A program made the position numbers and the translations under genes. DNA of 62,639 nucleotides, filler included, from Chiloscyllium plagiosum (taxonomy: Eukaryota): assembly GCF_004010195.1 (NCBI RefSeq). It is 3 parts of one record of this genome, joined end to end, with 100 filler letters (N's around TTAATTAATTAA, not from the genome) between each part and the next. Parts side by side here need not be neighbours in the genome. Positions count along the whole stretch, not along the records: positions 1 to 29,886 come from NC_057712.1; positions 29,987 to 60,441 come from NC_057712.1; 1 more part is not named here. One strand, 5' to 3'. The first letter of the stretch is position 1, and every line of letters begins with the position of its first letter. The notes below the pieces were generated by a model. It saw only the letters and a list, made by a program, of their open reading frames with translations, had not been told where the DNA came from and did not search any database. Shown in pieces: positions 26,710-39,700 of the stretch.

Positions 26710-28194
26710 TAAGTCTATATGAACATCTTAGTAGGAAATCAATGCAACTCCAACTGCTGTCAAAAACTAAATGACATCACTTCCTGCAGTGAAGATGCAC
26801 ATTTGCTATTTATGTTTCTATGAAAGCAACATTACAACAGTAATTTCACTGTAAAAGGAGTAACATTTACTACTGACTATGTTTTACATGTTTTCATTTA
26901 ATCTTGGCATGTGTTTCACTGACTAGACCAACATTTATTGCCCATCTTGAATTCCCTTTCAAAAGATGATGGTGAGCTGCTTCTTGAACTGCTGCAGTCC
27001 GTCTTGTGTAAGTACATTCATAAGCCATTAGAGAAGCAGGTTCATAAGCCTGGTCCAGAAACACTTAAGGAGCAGTCATATTTCTCCAAACTAGGATGGT
27101 GAGTGGCTTGAAGGGAAACTTTCAGGTGGTGTTCTCATGTCTGCTGCCCTTGTCCTTCTAGATGGTAATGATCATGAATTTGGAAGGTGTCTAAGGAGGC
27201 TAGGTGAGTGCATGTCCTATATGATACATGCTTCTGCCACAGTGTGTATATTTTTGTCATCTACCACACTCTAGAAAGTTCACTATTCAGTCAGATCCTT
27301 TTCCTTTGGGATCATTTTAGATTTTGGTTCCTTTCCACTGACATGAGTGGAAAACAACAAAGAAACTTTAATATTACTGGGCTCTATAAAGCATCTTATT
27401 GCAAACATACAGATATGAATAATGAATATCAAGTTATTAATGTGAGGTTTTTAATTGTCTAGAGTTATTGTCATGAGAGGAACAGTATCTTAAAGAGTAG
27501 ATATTTTTGGCTAGAGTTTTTCCAATTTTGTAATTGAAATGGGGAATAAATGCCCCGGTTCTGAGAAACTCAGAGAGCTGCCAGGGACTAGGCCCCTCCT
27601 CAGCTCCAAGCAGAAGATGGTGTGACCCCCCCCCCCCACCCCCACCCCCTTCTCAGCCATTAAGGACTTCATCAAACTGCAGAGCCAGACATGCAAATCT
27701 CAGACAAGTGGGCCAGGCACACTCGGGTAAGCTGAAAGGAAATGTTCTCAGTCCTGTGCTGCTCTTTATGCAATTGAGTGCCACCAGGGAGAAGTTGACA
27801 GCTGTACTGGAGACTCAGGTGAAGCAGAATGACTTCAGTCCAGGTACCCCCTCATCTAATGGAGAAAGAGTTCCATCAGGGACCTGCAGAGAGGACTGGA
27901 ACAAAGTACCTCCAATTTATTATCAATAACCTTTCACTCTTGTTCAAACATTGAAAAGACCAACACCATAACAGATAGTTTTCAATACGATATATGCTTG
28001 TCATGTTGATTTATAAAATATGAAGTTTTCAGTTGTTAATGTAACTTTATGTTCTTGCATTAAAGTTCTTGCAGTTTTGTTTTTATTCAAAGACTAAGGT
28101 TGCAGGTTATCATGCAGGATCAAACAAAGAAACTAAGTAAATCAGTAAGTAATGACCAGGCGATGCTAAGTTTGGAAGTTACAAATTAGCAAAA

Positions 28195-28420
28195 GGTAAG
28201 GTTAAGGTTGCCATAGCCCCAGAGGTTTGTAGGGCTGTTTTCTCATTATAGAGAGATGACTAATGGTGTATTTAAACTGAGGGTCACCGCTCCTCAGGTT
28301 AAGTTATGAAGGCAGGATCTTCATAGTGACCTCAGAGGTCAGAGAGCTCAGTTGATTAGTTTGTGATACAGAGTGAAGTAAACATTGCTGGTTCAATTCC
28401 TATACCAGCTGAGGTTATCA
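28195..28420. mobile_element. tRNA-derived SINE with 5' inversion
   Basis: 3' half on minus (28195-28335), tRNA head on plus (28340-28420). Same family as 21298-21517. Confidence 0.5.
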
Positions 28421-29547
28421 CAAGCTAGTTAAAGATGGAATTAAAAACAAAAAGGAAGTGAACTATTCCAGCTTTTAGAGATTGGAGAGATTGTTTTCAG
28501 AGATTGTAAGAATAAAAGGACCATTGGCATACTTGCAATACAGAAGGTACATTTGAAAATTCAGAGTCGCATTGATCACATTGATTGAGAAGAACATAAA
28601 TAGAAGTGGCAAGCGACAAAAGGATTATAAGCTAAAATTGAGAGATGGATTACTCATCAATGCTTGTATTCAGTCTTGGTGTGCTGGTGGGATGCTGAAA
28701 GACACTCCACAGGTATAATAGTCGGATCTAATTCCTGGGAAAATGTGTTCATTGCCATTGCAAAAGTGGAAGACACAAGAATGATTATAGTCTCATTGAA
28801 GGACATGAATATGATAAAGGTTAAGTAACTCAGTCAATGCATGGCAAGTGGAATGGAAATGCACAAAGGTAGGACTGTTAAGCCCAGGAATTATGGGTGG
28901 CGGGCTGAAAATTAGCCTTACTGATTGACACACTGGATCATTTTAAATTGTTCACGCAATGTGAGATCAATGAATGGGCCAGTATTTATTACCCAGAGGG
29001 CAGTTAAGTGTCAAATACATTGATATAGAACTGGAGTCACATGTAGGCCAGACCTGAAAAGGATGGCCAATTTCCTCCCCAAACAAAACAGAATTTTAGG
29101 AGAAATGCAATGGTTAAATGGTAACCATGAGGCCAGATTTTAGTTGAATTAAAATTGTACCGCTTACCAAAGAAGAATTTGTACCCATATCCCAGAACTA
29201 CAAAATTAAGACTGGTTGAGCTACCATCATATACACGGCAGATATTGGATCAGGCTTATCAAGACTTAATTGAGAAAGTTACGACTTAATAGAAGTTTCC
29301 AGTCTGCCCCCAATTTCTCATTGAGGAAAGAGTCAGTTTAGGTGCCGAGTGGTAGCATTGGGGAGCAAGACCTCAAATCCAACCCTACTTACCTGGGTAC
29401 AACAGCAACCACCAGACACCCTCGAGGAGCACTGCACCTGGCATACTCACAGTCTGACTGTTGGAATTCTTTTTAATCCAGGACTTTGAAAAAGGTTAGA
29501 AAGGGATGTGTCAATGTTGATGGGCACTCTCCATTACTTGTTTTCCA

Positions 29548-29886
29548 TCATACGATATTGTGGGGATAACTGAGACGTGGCTTCAAGTGGACAGGGCCTA
29601 GGAAATGAATATTCAAGGCTACACGTGCTATCGTAAGGACAGACTGACGGGCAGAGGGGGTGGGGTGGCCTTGTTGCTAAGGGAGGATATTCAGTCCCTT
29701 TCGCGGGGGGACCCAGAGTCAGGGGATGTAGAGTCAGTGTGGATAGAGCTGCGAAATACTAAGGGTAAAAAGACCTCTTGGGAGTCATCTAACAGGCCCC
29801 CAAACAGTAGTCTGGATGTCGGATGTAAGTTGAATCAGGAGCTGAAATTGGCCTGTCGCAAAGATGTCACTACAGTTGTTATGGGG
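29548..29886 (+). mobile_element. CR1 ORF2 APE endonuclease N-terminus, running into a gap
   Basis: YDIVGITETWL, GYTCYRKDR..GGGVAL, ESVWIE, RPPNS, VVMG. Confidence 0.85.
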
Positions 29887-29986
29887 NNNNNNNNNNNNNN
29901 NNNNNNNNNNNNNNNNNNNNNNNNNNNNNNTTAATTAATTAANNNNNNNNNNNNNNNNNNNNNNNNNNNNNNNNNNNNNNNNNNNN
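29887..29986. other. Artificial assembly spacer (N44-TTAATTAATTAA-N44)
   Basis: Identical 100-nt construct at 60442-60541. Confidence 0.95.
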
Positions 29987-30363
29987 GCCCTTCTTTAGGA
30001 ATGAGCAGAGAGTGTTCAGCAGGAGAAGATAAAAGGTAGGGAGGAGGGACTTGGAGGAGGGGAGTTGGAAGTGGAGGAGATGCGGTGGAGGGCACCGTCG
30101 ACCACGTCGCCTTCCTGACCTGCAGTCTTCTTGTTGACCTCTCCGCCTCCATCCTACTCCGACCTATCACCCTCACCTTGACCTCTTTCCACCTATCACA
30201 TTTCCAACTCCCCTCCTCCAAGTCCCTCCTCCCTACCTTTTATCTTCTCCTGCTGAACACTCTCTGCTCATTCCTGAAGAAGGGCCTGTGCCCGAAACGT
30301 CGAATCTCCTGTTCCCTGGATGCTGCCTGACCTGCTGTGCTGTTCCAGCAATAAAGTTTCAAC
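29987..30363. mobile_element. Inverted-arm PLE 3' region
   Basis: 29987-30070 is the reverse complement of ~30205-30285. The + arm carries an intact hammerhead. Confidence 0.82.
30270..30305 (+). ncRNA. Minimal type I hammerhead ribozyme (PLE family B-type), best-preserved copy
   Basis: ATTC-CTGAAGA-A-GGGC(ctgt)GCCC-GAAA-CGTC^GAAT. Stem I ATTC/GAAT, stem II GGGC/GCCC, palindromic ACGT stem III, GUC cleavage triplet. Confidence 0.8.
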
Positions 30364-30437
30364 ACTAATTTTAAATAATAAATGTTCAGTTCCTCATTTA
30401 CATAAACAAGTATTCAAGACAGTCAGAAAGTCCGTAA

Positions 30438-30754
30438 TAGATTAGATTAGATTACATTACAGTGTGGAAACAGGCCCTTCGGCCCAACATGTCCACACCG
30501 ACCCGCCAAAGTGCAACGCACCCATACCCCTACATTTACCCCTTACCTAACACTACGGGCAATTTAGCATGGCCAATTCACCTGACCTGCACATCTTTGG
30601 ACTGTGGGAGGAAACCGGAGCACCCGGAGGAAACCCACGCAGACACGGGGAGAACGTGCAAACTCCACACAGTCAGTCGCCTGAGGCGGGAATTGAACCC
30701 GGGTCTCAGGCGCTGTGAGGCAGCAATGCTAACCACTATGCCACCGTGCTGCCC
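30438..30754 (-). mobile_element. HE1-type V-SINE, full length
   Basis: Minus head GGGCAGCACGGTGGCATAGTGGTTAGC...GGTTCAATTCC, V-domain TTTGCACGTTCTCCCCGTGTCTGCGTGGGTTTCC, CR1-shared tail GGGCCGAAGGGCCTGTTTCC, (TCTAA)n end. Confidence 0.9.
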
Positions 30755-31632
30755 ACAAAAATGCAGAATTTCAATAAAAGATCAGCCGTATTTATTACTG
30801 CCGGCAATCACACTTTCCTACAAAGCTGACAGCAGATAACTATTTGGCAGACTGCAAGGAAAATACAGCTTATGGCTCGTCATAGGCCAGGTCCAAAAAC
30901 ACACATTTCAAGGATTCAATGTTTTGTCTTATCATGCTTTGTTTTCTTGGAAGTCTCAATCAACAATGTTTAATCAGCTTCACTCATCCAATACTATCTT
31001 CAAACTACGTATATAATTTATAAGACATGTCCTTAACACATCTCTCTTTGGCAAAGTAGTCATACATTGCTTCCCAAATGATTATGCTAAGCATCTTTCC
31101 AATTATGGATTTCAAATAAATGGGTCTGTCTTATTTCTTTTTTTCAGAAAATTGAAATAAATCATCTTTTACATTCATTAAGCTATACAATACAATATAT
31201 TAAGCTATACAATACAAGCTAACAGCTCGGCCAACATACTTCCCATCGTATTCAGTATTCACTGGAAGAAGAATGCCTGGGTGATACATTATTCATCTAC
31301 TGTGAGTTATGTTACAAAGATACATCTGATTATTATTTCACAAAACTGTATTACACATATAATTAAATTCTGAGTAGGGTGCGAGTTTCCTAAATCTCAA
31401 GACTTGATTTTGCAGAAAGGCATTTAATTTGGGCCAGTGCCATTTACTGCCTGAACATAAAGAGTCAAAACAAAATTTAACATTATTAACATTTTAGAAC
31501 AAATGTATTTGTCAGCAAGGAAATTAGTCAGCAATATCACAGAGTTTACTCCAGACACTAGCCATTCATTATATGTTTGCTTTAGTACGCTTTGTTATGG
31601 AAAAATACCGATCCAGAATACTTGCGTAGATA

Positions 31633-32200
31633 ATGTTGGGAGGTAATGTTGCAGCTGCACAGGTTAAGCCACTTTTGGAATACTGCATGCAATTCTGGTC
31701 TCCCTCCGATAGGAAAAATGTTGGGAAACTTGGAAGTGATCAGAAAAGATGTCCAAGGATGTTGCTGGGCTTGGAAGGCTTGAGCTATTGGGAGAGGCTG
31801 AATAGACTAGGGCTATTTTCCCTGGAGCATCAGAGGCTGAGGGGTGACCTTATAGAAGTTTATAAAATCATGAGGGGTATGGATATGGTAAATAGACAAG
31901 ATCTTTTTCCTGGGGTGAGGAAGCCCAAAGCTAGAGGCCATAGGCTTAAGGTGACAGGAGAAAGATTTAAAAGGGACTTATGGGGCAACTGTTTCACACA
32001 GAGGTTTGTGCATGCATGGAATGAGGTTGCAGAGGAAATACTGGAGACTGGTAATATTTAGAAGACATCTGGATAGGTATATGAATAGGAAGGGTTTTGA
32101 GGTCTATGGGCCAAATGCTGGGAACTGGGACTATATTAATGTACGGCATCTTGTCAGCATGGAGCGAAGGGTCTGTTTCCATGTTGTATATCTCTATGAC
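31633..32200 (+). mobile_element. CR1 LINE 3' end
   Basis: LEYCMQFWSP, RLRGDLIEVYKI, NCFTQRFVHAWN, CTCTATGA tail. Confidence 0.88.
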
Positions 32201-32404
32201 TTGCATCAATTTATGATTTTATTTTTGAATGCAACGCCACTAAATCACAATATACTAATTAGTTCTATGGCATTTACTGCACTGGCAAATCTACAGTCTA
32301 GCTGAATCAAAGACAGTACGTGATCCAACACACTTGTCAGTTACTTTGTTAGGTGATAGTTTCATCCCTTTACCATGACTGCAAGTCAACCAGTATCCCA
32401 AAAG

Positions 32405-32503
32405 ATTCTGAGGAAGGGTCACCAGACCAGAAACGTTAATTTTGATTTCTCTGCACAGATGCTGCCAGACCTGCTGAGATTTTACAGCAACTTCTGTTTT
32501 TGT
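32405..32503 (+). mobile_element. PLE family E pLTR mini-insertion beginning at a hammerhead (32405-32440)
   Basis: ATT-CTGAGGA-AG-GGTC(acca)GACC-A-GAAA-CGTT^AAT. TSD TCCCAAAAG at 32396-32404 and 32504-32512. A related copy lies at ~10955-11070. Confidence 0.72.
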
Positions 32504-33559
32504 TCCCAAAAGGTATGTTGACAGGCTTCAATTACATTGTGTTTTAGTATTCTCTGTACAAAACATGTTCATAGTAGGCCCGTCAAGAGTTACCCTGCTG
32601 TGAATGTGTCAGACTTTCACACAACATTTTGCTTCAATCACTTCACTTAGCTATTATATGGCAATTATGAACTTAAAGAATGGCATGTCTACACTTATGT
32701 CTACAGTAATTGTTTCACTGGCAGCCATTTCAACTGTAGTGCTGAAGACCTCCACTGTCTCTTTTGACTATTTCAATTCAGCTGTAACACTGGGTAGTAT
32801 AAAGCTGCCTCGTTACGTCGTATCTGCAAAATGGCCAGACAAATCCAATATGGCCAAATACCGTTCCAATTAATTTACATTCAATTAGCAATAGGTTGGT
32901 GGAAGGTGTCATGACAATTAAATCTCAACATCAACTCTTCAATAACCTGCTCCATATGCTCATTTTAGATGCCAATAAAGTCATTCAGTTTCAGACTTCA
33001 AAACATGGACAAAAGAGCTGAATTTCCAAAGTGTAGTGGGAAAGACTGCTCTCAACAAGATGTTCATTCAAGGAGATAATGAAGATCAGGGGAAATCTCC
33101 TTTCACGCACTTCCAAGTATAGTTTTCTCTAATACGATGAAGATTGCTGCCTCTATCATCATTTTATGCAGCAACTTGTTGATACCCTCAATCAGCTGGG
33201 TGGGAGAATTTCTCCTTGACATCCTTCCCATGTTTGTTAATTACTTTAAATCTATCCCTAGTTATTGACCATTTAGTTAAGGGAACTATGTCTTCCCTAT
33301 CCATTTATCACCTTTTCTTCACTTCTCTATCCAAAGGAAACTTAGACCACTGGCAGGGCAAGGAGGCAAACCCCAAATCCACAATGGGAACCCCACAGTT
33401 TGACACCAATCTGATCCACATCTGAACTAACCTGACCTCATTGGGTCAGAGCTGCTGTGACAACATACATATTTATATACATGTAGTCTGCAGCTACAAA
33501 TCGTGATGGCAGAAGCTACAATTTTCTTTACATTCACCAAGACTCTCATACAGCACCTT

Positions 33560-33912
33560 CCAAACCCTCCTTCCCCAGCCTTATCCCATGTCCAGCCCCA
33601 CTCCTCCTCCTCACCTCTCTGATCTATTCTAACTTGCCCATTTTCCTAGTCACCTATCCACTCCACCCTTCCCACTGACCAATTACAACAACTCCCTACT
33701 TAAATTCACCTATCCCCATCCCACCTACCTTTCACCCAGCCCAACTCCACTCCCTCTATATACTTCTGTGCTCCCTCCCCAGTCCTGACAAAGGGTTTTG
33801 GCCAGAAATGTTGACTTTGCTGCTGCTCAGATACTGTCTGACCTGCTGTGCTTTTCCAGCTTCACACCTATTGACTCGGACTTTCAGCATTTGCAGTCCT
33901 TACTATCTCCTA
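33560..33912 (+). mobile_element. Decayed PLE 3' UTR/pLTR
   Basis: C-rich UTR, decayed core CTGACAAAGGG...GAAATG, terminus CAGCATTTGCAGTCCTTACTATCTCC. Confidence 0.65.
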
Positions 33913-34454
33913 GTTAAGTAAGCAAATTTGTTTTGACTTTCAGTTAGTTATCTGTTAGTTTTCTTTTTTCGTTAAGCAAGCAAAGGATTCAAGAGAACTA
34001 ATGGCAAGGCAGAGTTGGGTGCCCACAATGAACAAGCTAAAACATTGTACTTTACAAGGAGCAGCACACACACAGGATATAGGCAGGGGCCAAGGATTGA
34101 TGTTTGTGGGACACTAGGGATAACAGTGTGGAAGTGGAAAGTCATTTAAGCAATAAGGAGGTTAAATGCGTCAAAAACTGCAGATGGGTCAAAAACAATA
34201 AGCAAGAATTGTATCCTTTGTACAGACAAAGCGGACATTTTTTGTAATGTTTTGGTAGTGTTTGGCTGAAGCCTGATGGGAGTGCATCAATAATGGAATT
34301 TTGGGAAAAATTGGCAGGGATTCAGAAGACAATGTTCAGGGATCAGACAGTATAAATAGGATGAGGTGATAATTAGCAAGGAAGATGCAGTCAACTTTTT
34401 TTAAAAGAAAAGATTTTTCAAAAATACAGGAGGTAGGGGCAGAGGGGGTTGCGA

Positions 34455-34610
34455 AGGGACAGAGAGGGAGAGAGATATATGACAGATAGAAAGAGGAGCA
34501 GAGACAGACAGACAGACACACACACACACACAGAAAGACAGAGTGTGAGACAGAGAGACGGACAGACAGTGAGGCAGACAAACATACATACAATACCAAA
34601 CGAGAGAGAG
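34455..34610. repeat. Compound GA/GACA/CA microsatellite
   Basis: Visible simple repeats. Confidence 0.85.
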
Positions 34611-35544
34611 CAATTAACAATTTGGATAACATGGGGATCAAAAAGGAAGTTCGGCAGTTAGTTGTTTAATGGGATTACGATGAAGGGAGCAAAATGAGTC
34701 TTATGGCCCAGGTGAACACAGAAAGTACATGACAGGAGGTAGGAAATAAGTTTGAGAGAGAAGTGATTTTGGACAAGGGCAATTTATTAGATGGTCTTGA
34801 TCAGAGTGACAAAGTCCATGAACTCTTCACATTTACTGCTGCAGGCTAGAAACCAGCTTGGGTACATTGTGACCCAGTTTTTCTGACCATAACATGATAG
34901 GTCACTTCAAGTTACTTTCTAAAAAATCATCACAACCGTAATAACAATATTTTTAAATGCTGATATAAATCTATTTTCATGCTGTATAACAACCTGCAAG
35001 AGGTGGTGGTGGATGTGGGTTCAATTACAAACTTTAAAAGTCATCTAAATGGATAAACCAATAATAAGAGTTGAGAGGGATACGGGCCAAATGCTTGCAA
35101 CCAGGGCTTGATCAGTTTAGGATCTCTGGACGATGCAGGCAAATTGGACTAAAGGGTCTGTTTCCCTGCTGCATAACTCTATGACCCTCCTACTATGATT
35201 CTATTTTATGTAAAAGATGTTTATTATTGTTCTATTTTCACCTAGCAACACTGTAGCAGACCCAATAGAATTACTTCCTTTTTTTATACAGTTTCCGTAG
35301 GATTAAAGTGGGGAAACAAAAATTTTAATACAATGGTGCTTAGTTCATTTTTTTCCATTATATTATTTCCTTTTACTTTTATTTTACTGCATGCAGAGAA
35401 AGTTACAAATCACGTGACCATTAACACAAACTAAAGGCTTGCTGGAATTCAACAGATATGGGAGGTTTGCTTTATCTGATCCACTCAAATCAAACAAGTA
35501 CCAACTGCTTTGCAAATTACTCAAAGCTTAAGTGTGTCCATTCG

Positions 35545-36392
35545 TAAGTTTTGAGAAGATTTGAGGCTCAGGTTGAGGTTTTGGATGTAGGTTTGCTCGC
35601 TGAGCTGGAAGGTTCATTTTCAGACATTTCATCACCATACAAGGTAACATCTTTTGTGAGCCTCCGGACGAAGCACTGCTGATGATTCCTACTTTCTATT
35701 TATATGTTTGGGTTTCTTTGGGTTGGTGATGTCATTTCCTGTTCTTTTTCTCAGGGCGGTGATAAACCCGGGTCCAAATCAATTTATTGATAGAGTTCCG
35801 GTTGGACTGCCATGCTTCTAGAAATTCTTGTGACTGTCTCTGTTTGGTTTGTCCTAGGATGGATGTGCTGTCCCAGTTGAGGTGGTGTCCTTCCTCATCT
35901 GAATCTAAGGATACTAGTGAGAGAGGGTCATGTCATTTTGTGGCTAGTTGATGTTCATATATCTTGGTTCCTAGTTTTCTGCCTGTTTTCCAATGTAGTG
36001 TTTGTTACAGTCCTTGTACGGTATTTTGTAAATGACATTAGTTTTGCTTGAAATCTGTATAGGGTCTTTCAAGTTCATTAGCTGCTGTTTTAATGTGTTG
36101 GTGGATTTGTGGGCTACCATAATGCCAAGGGATCTGAGTAGTCTGGCAGTCATTTCAGAGATGTCCTTGATGTAGGGAGAATGGCTTGGGTTTCAGGTCA
36201 TGTTTTGTCAGCTTGGTTGGGTTTGTTGCTGAGAAATCTGTGGACTTGTTCATTGGGTACCCATTCTTTTTGAATACACTGTATAGGTGATTGTCCTCTG
36301 CAGCTGTGTTTGTGGATGTTGGGATGATCGAAGCTGCATCAGAACATTATTCCAACGAGCAACGACATACTGCAGCACAGAGGAACTATGCA
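35545..36392 (-). mobile_element. Penelope-like element (family F) GIY-YIG region and pLTR
   Basis: HLYSVFKKNGYP, NTLKQQLMNLKDP, NVIYKIPYKDCNKHYIG. Decayed hammerhead near 35620-35660. Confidence 0.85.
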
Positions 36393-37066
36393 GACAATAG
36401 GCCACAAGCAGTATTTTGTGGGGAAAACCGTACAAGATTAGAGAGAATATAGAACTCAAGGAAAAATCCAGGGACTGTTTTCATTTGAAGCTGATTGACA
36501 GTGGAAAGGAGCCAAAGTCACACTCGTGAATAAGTCCTGGAGTGATGTTTTGATGTGTACAGGGTACAGCAGTCCTAGGAAAGGAGGGTGATTCACCAGA
36601 GCAGAAGCTGTAATTGAGGTAGTCTATGACCAAGCAGTTTTTGTGAGGACATTCCAAAAACCAGATGAGTACAAGCGAAGAACTGTGAAGCCTCGTGAAG
36701 TTTATTGGATTTGATGATCCACGATGTCATTATCATCCAATGCAGGGGAATTGCTGAGAAACCTATGGCATCAATCTTCATCATGCTTGCTATTTCACCT
36801 GTGCTGTGTGGTGCTGAATCAGTCTACTACCCATAACTACCATGTCACTTTTGAGTGTAGGAAAGAATATATATTGTAGATCAGTACTTCCCACACGTTT
36901 TCCCACTGTGAGCCCACTTCAAGGCTTGAAAATTGCTCTAAGTACCTTGGTGAAAATGTAGAAGTGGAGAAAAATCAATGAAAGCACAGATGCGGAAAGA
37001 GGACTTGTGAAACAGAGGTCATTGCTGCCTTGAAACCCCAATTCAGCTTCTGATCCACATTTTGCA

Positions 37067-37566
37067 NNNNNNNNNNNNNNNNNNNNNNNNNNNNNNNNNN
37101 NNNNNNNNNNNNNNNNNNNNNNNNNNNNNNNNNNNNNNNNNNNNNNNNNNNNNNNNNNNNNNNNNNNNNNNNNNNNNNNNNNNNNNNNNNNNNNNNNNNN
37201 NNNNNNNNNNNNNNNNNNNNNNNNNNNNNNNNNNNNNNNNNNNNNNNNNNNNNNNNNNNNNNNNNNNNNNNNNNNNNNNNNNNNNNNNNNNNNNNNNNNN
37301 NNNNNNNNNNNNNNNNNNNNNNNNNNNNNNNNNNNNNNNNNNNNNNNNNNNNNNNNNNNNNNNNNNNNNNNNNNNNNNNNNNNNNNNNNNNNNNNNNNNN
37401 NNNNNNNNNNNNNNNNNNNNNNNNNNNNNNNNNNNNNNNNNNNNNNNNNNNNNNNNNNNNNNNNNNNNNNNNNNNNNNNNNNNNNNNNNNNNNNNNNNNN
37501 NNNNNNNNNNNNNNNNNNNNNNNNNNNNNNNNNNNNNNNNNNNNNNNNNNNNNNNNNNNNNNNNNN
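37067..37566. other. Assembly gap (500 N)
   Basis: N run. Confidence 0.99.
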
Positions 37567-37959
37567 AGCGAGAGGAAAAATATGAAAAGAATAAAAAGGA
37601 GAAGCAAACATAGTCTGATATGCAAGAAAGGATTAAAACTCTAGGAGGAAAAGACAGGTTTTCAGAATGTTTTCCAATTTAAATAAAGTGGAGAAGGATA
37701 AGTAATCAGAGCAGATTAAACACCAATTTAAAATTAAATAAACTAAGAGGAGATGGAGGAGAAGAAATAGTGGAAGAAAAAAAAAGTCAGTCCCTACAGG
37801 GTGATAGGTGAACTGTTGGATGGGCAAAGGCATATTGTGGGGCCATGAAACAGGAAAAGAATCCTAAGAATGCACATAGCCTGCAAATTACAGAACTATA
37901 ACAAAATTTTAGTCGTTCAAAAGTTTTTGGCACTGAGAGTATGATATTCTGTCATTCAC

Positions 37960-39700
37960 CATGCAATGTGTTGGATGGGTGGAAAATCAACAGAGGCTTG
38001 ACAGCTTCAGAGAAAACTAACCCAACAGCTGAGAAACTGGTGGTGCACAAGAGGCTTTGTTACAGAGATACAAAAAGATCAGCTGTCAGCAACAATACAA
38101 TATGATTTTTCACAAGTATTGTTCCAAACCTCATCAGCAGACCTGTCCAGCAGGTTTCTAATTCTGGAAGAAACCAGGAACCTAATAATTAAGAGTTGAG
38201 AGTGTGGTGCTGGAAAAGCACAGCAAGTCAGAAGCATCTGAGGAGCAGGAGAATCGATGTTTCAGGCAAAAACCCTTCATCAGGATGAAGGGCTTATGCC
38301 CAAAATATCGATGCTTCTGCTCCTTGGATGCTGGCTGACCTGATGTGCTTTTCCAGCACCACACTATCGATTCTGATCTCCAACACCTGCAGTCCTCACT
38401 TTCCCCCATTTAATAATTAAGAACTATGGAACAGTAAGATTTACATTTTTCCAATCCTATACCCATTAGGAGGTTTCTATTACCACCATGCCTAAACAAT
38501 TGGGCTTCAGGATCTATTGACAGCTGTAAAAAAAATCCTTTAATAAGGCTTTGTTTTCTGATTTTACTGGAAAATAGCACACACAACTTGTTGGACAAAA
38601 TGAAACAGCAGTGAACCTCCTTCAACAATATGCACAAAGTCTTTGGTGACTTAAACATCATTTTTCAGATTCCTCTTCTCATGACATCTTCAACAGCACA
38701 GTCAATCAAGAACTTGAAATAATCACAATCTGCCTGCATTAAGCACTTGGAAACACATTTGGTTACAAAGTACAAAGCAGCTGCTGCCCATAAACCTTTA
38801 TTCCCACTGTTACATGTTTATTGCTGTTTTCTAAAAAAATGCATTTTAACTTCATAATTACTACCTGTATCAATCCTTCACTTTTACATTAATGCATTAC
38901 TTTAAATAAACTAGGAGGAAGGAGAGGTCACTTTGCACAGTGAAAGATGATATACAGCAGACAGCAAAAGAAAATCAAATGTCAGTTTGTACCTCTGGCA
39001 TCAGTTCAGAATGCAGCAAGGGCACTGGAGACTGTCATTAGATTGCTTTCCTGGAATAAAACATCATCAATAAGAACAATTCACTGATAGAATATTTTCA
39101 TAACACTCAATAATAGGAAACATGCAGAAATCTAAACCTTCATAACTGAAATTAGTAATATCCAACAGAAGTTAGGTCGAATCAGATATTTTAGAACCCA
39201 ATGTTTTGCAGCATTTTACGCATCTACAGAAGACCTGAAACTCGACACTAGTGGGGACAGACCAGATCCAAGTGGATGGCATATATCCAACTATTTGTTT
39301 TAAAAAAAAACCTTGCTATATTCCTTCTCGTTCGTCCATCAAATCAAAGATTACACCCGTAATACCAGAGTAAAACTGATGAAGCTTCACTTCGGCACAA
39401 TCTGGGAGCAGAAAGAAAAAAAAGGTACATTACCCCCCAAATTATTAGGGGAGTAGAAACTGCAGCCACACAAACCCTTTGGACACAGAAAGGGGCTTGG
39501 CTCTTCAGGCTCTGAGACGTGCTACACCATGATGTACTCGCGAGTCTGGAGCAGTGCGGTGTCAAGCTGCAACGTGCGGGCCTGGTCACCTGAGTCGGAC
39601 ACTCACCCCCAACACGCCCTGTGCTCTACCTCCTTTTCTCTCTCTTTCTCTGTGTGTTGTCTCCCCCTCAGTTAGCAGAAGCTCCCGATCCTGCAGCAGC
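37960..39700 (-). other. Putative 5' exons of a divergent spliced transcript (~39700-39607, 39050-38993, 38523-38445, 38028-37960); product unknown
   Basis: Donor GG|GTGAGT at 39606, plus acceptor/donor pairs ttttattccag..AG|GTACAA, tttttttacag..AT|GTAAAT and gtttctcag..TG|GTGAAT, all next to the CpG island. No recognisable protein. Confidence 0.35.
38195..38410. mobile_element. Hairpin PLE family B mini-insertion
   Basis: TSD TAATAATTAAGA at 38183-38194 and 38411-38422. Arms join at the hammerhead core. Confidence 0.85.

Noticed and set aside
30690..30754. A/B-box sequence as a tRNA gene (also ~54890-54951, ~21300, ~2070)
   Set aside because: These are SINE heads continuous with SINE bodies and do not form a cloverleaf.
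36919..37625. Long ORFs of 183-230 aa in the ORF track
   Set aside because: Artefacts of reading through the 500-N gap.
38997..39072. Minus-strand TGATGA...CTGA as a C/D box snoRNA
   Set aside because: No terminal stem or recognisable guide, and it overlaps a candidate splice acceptor.
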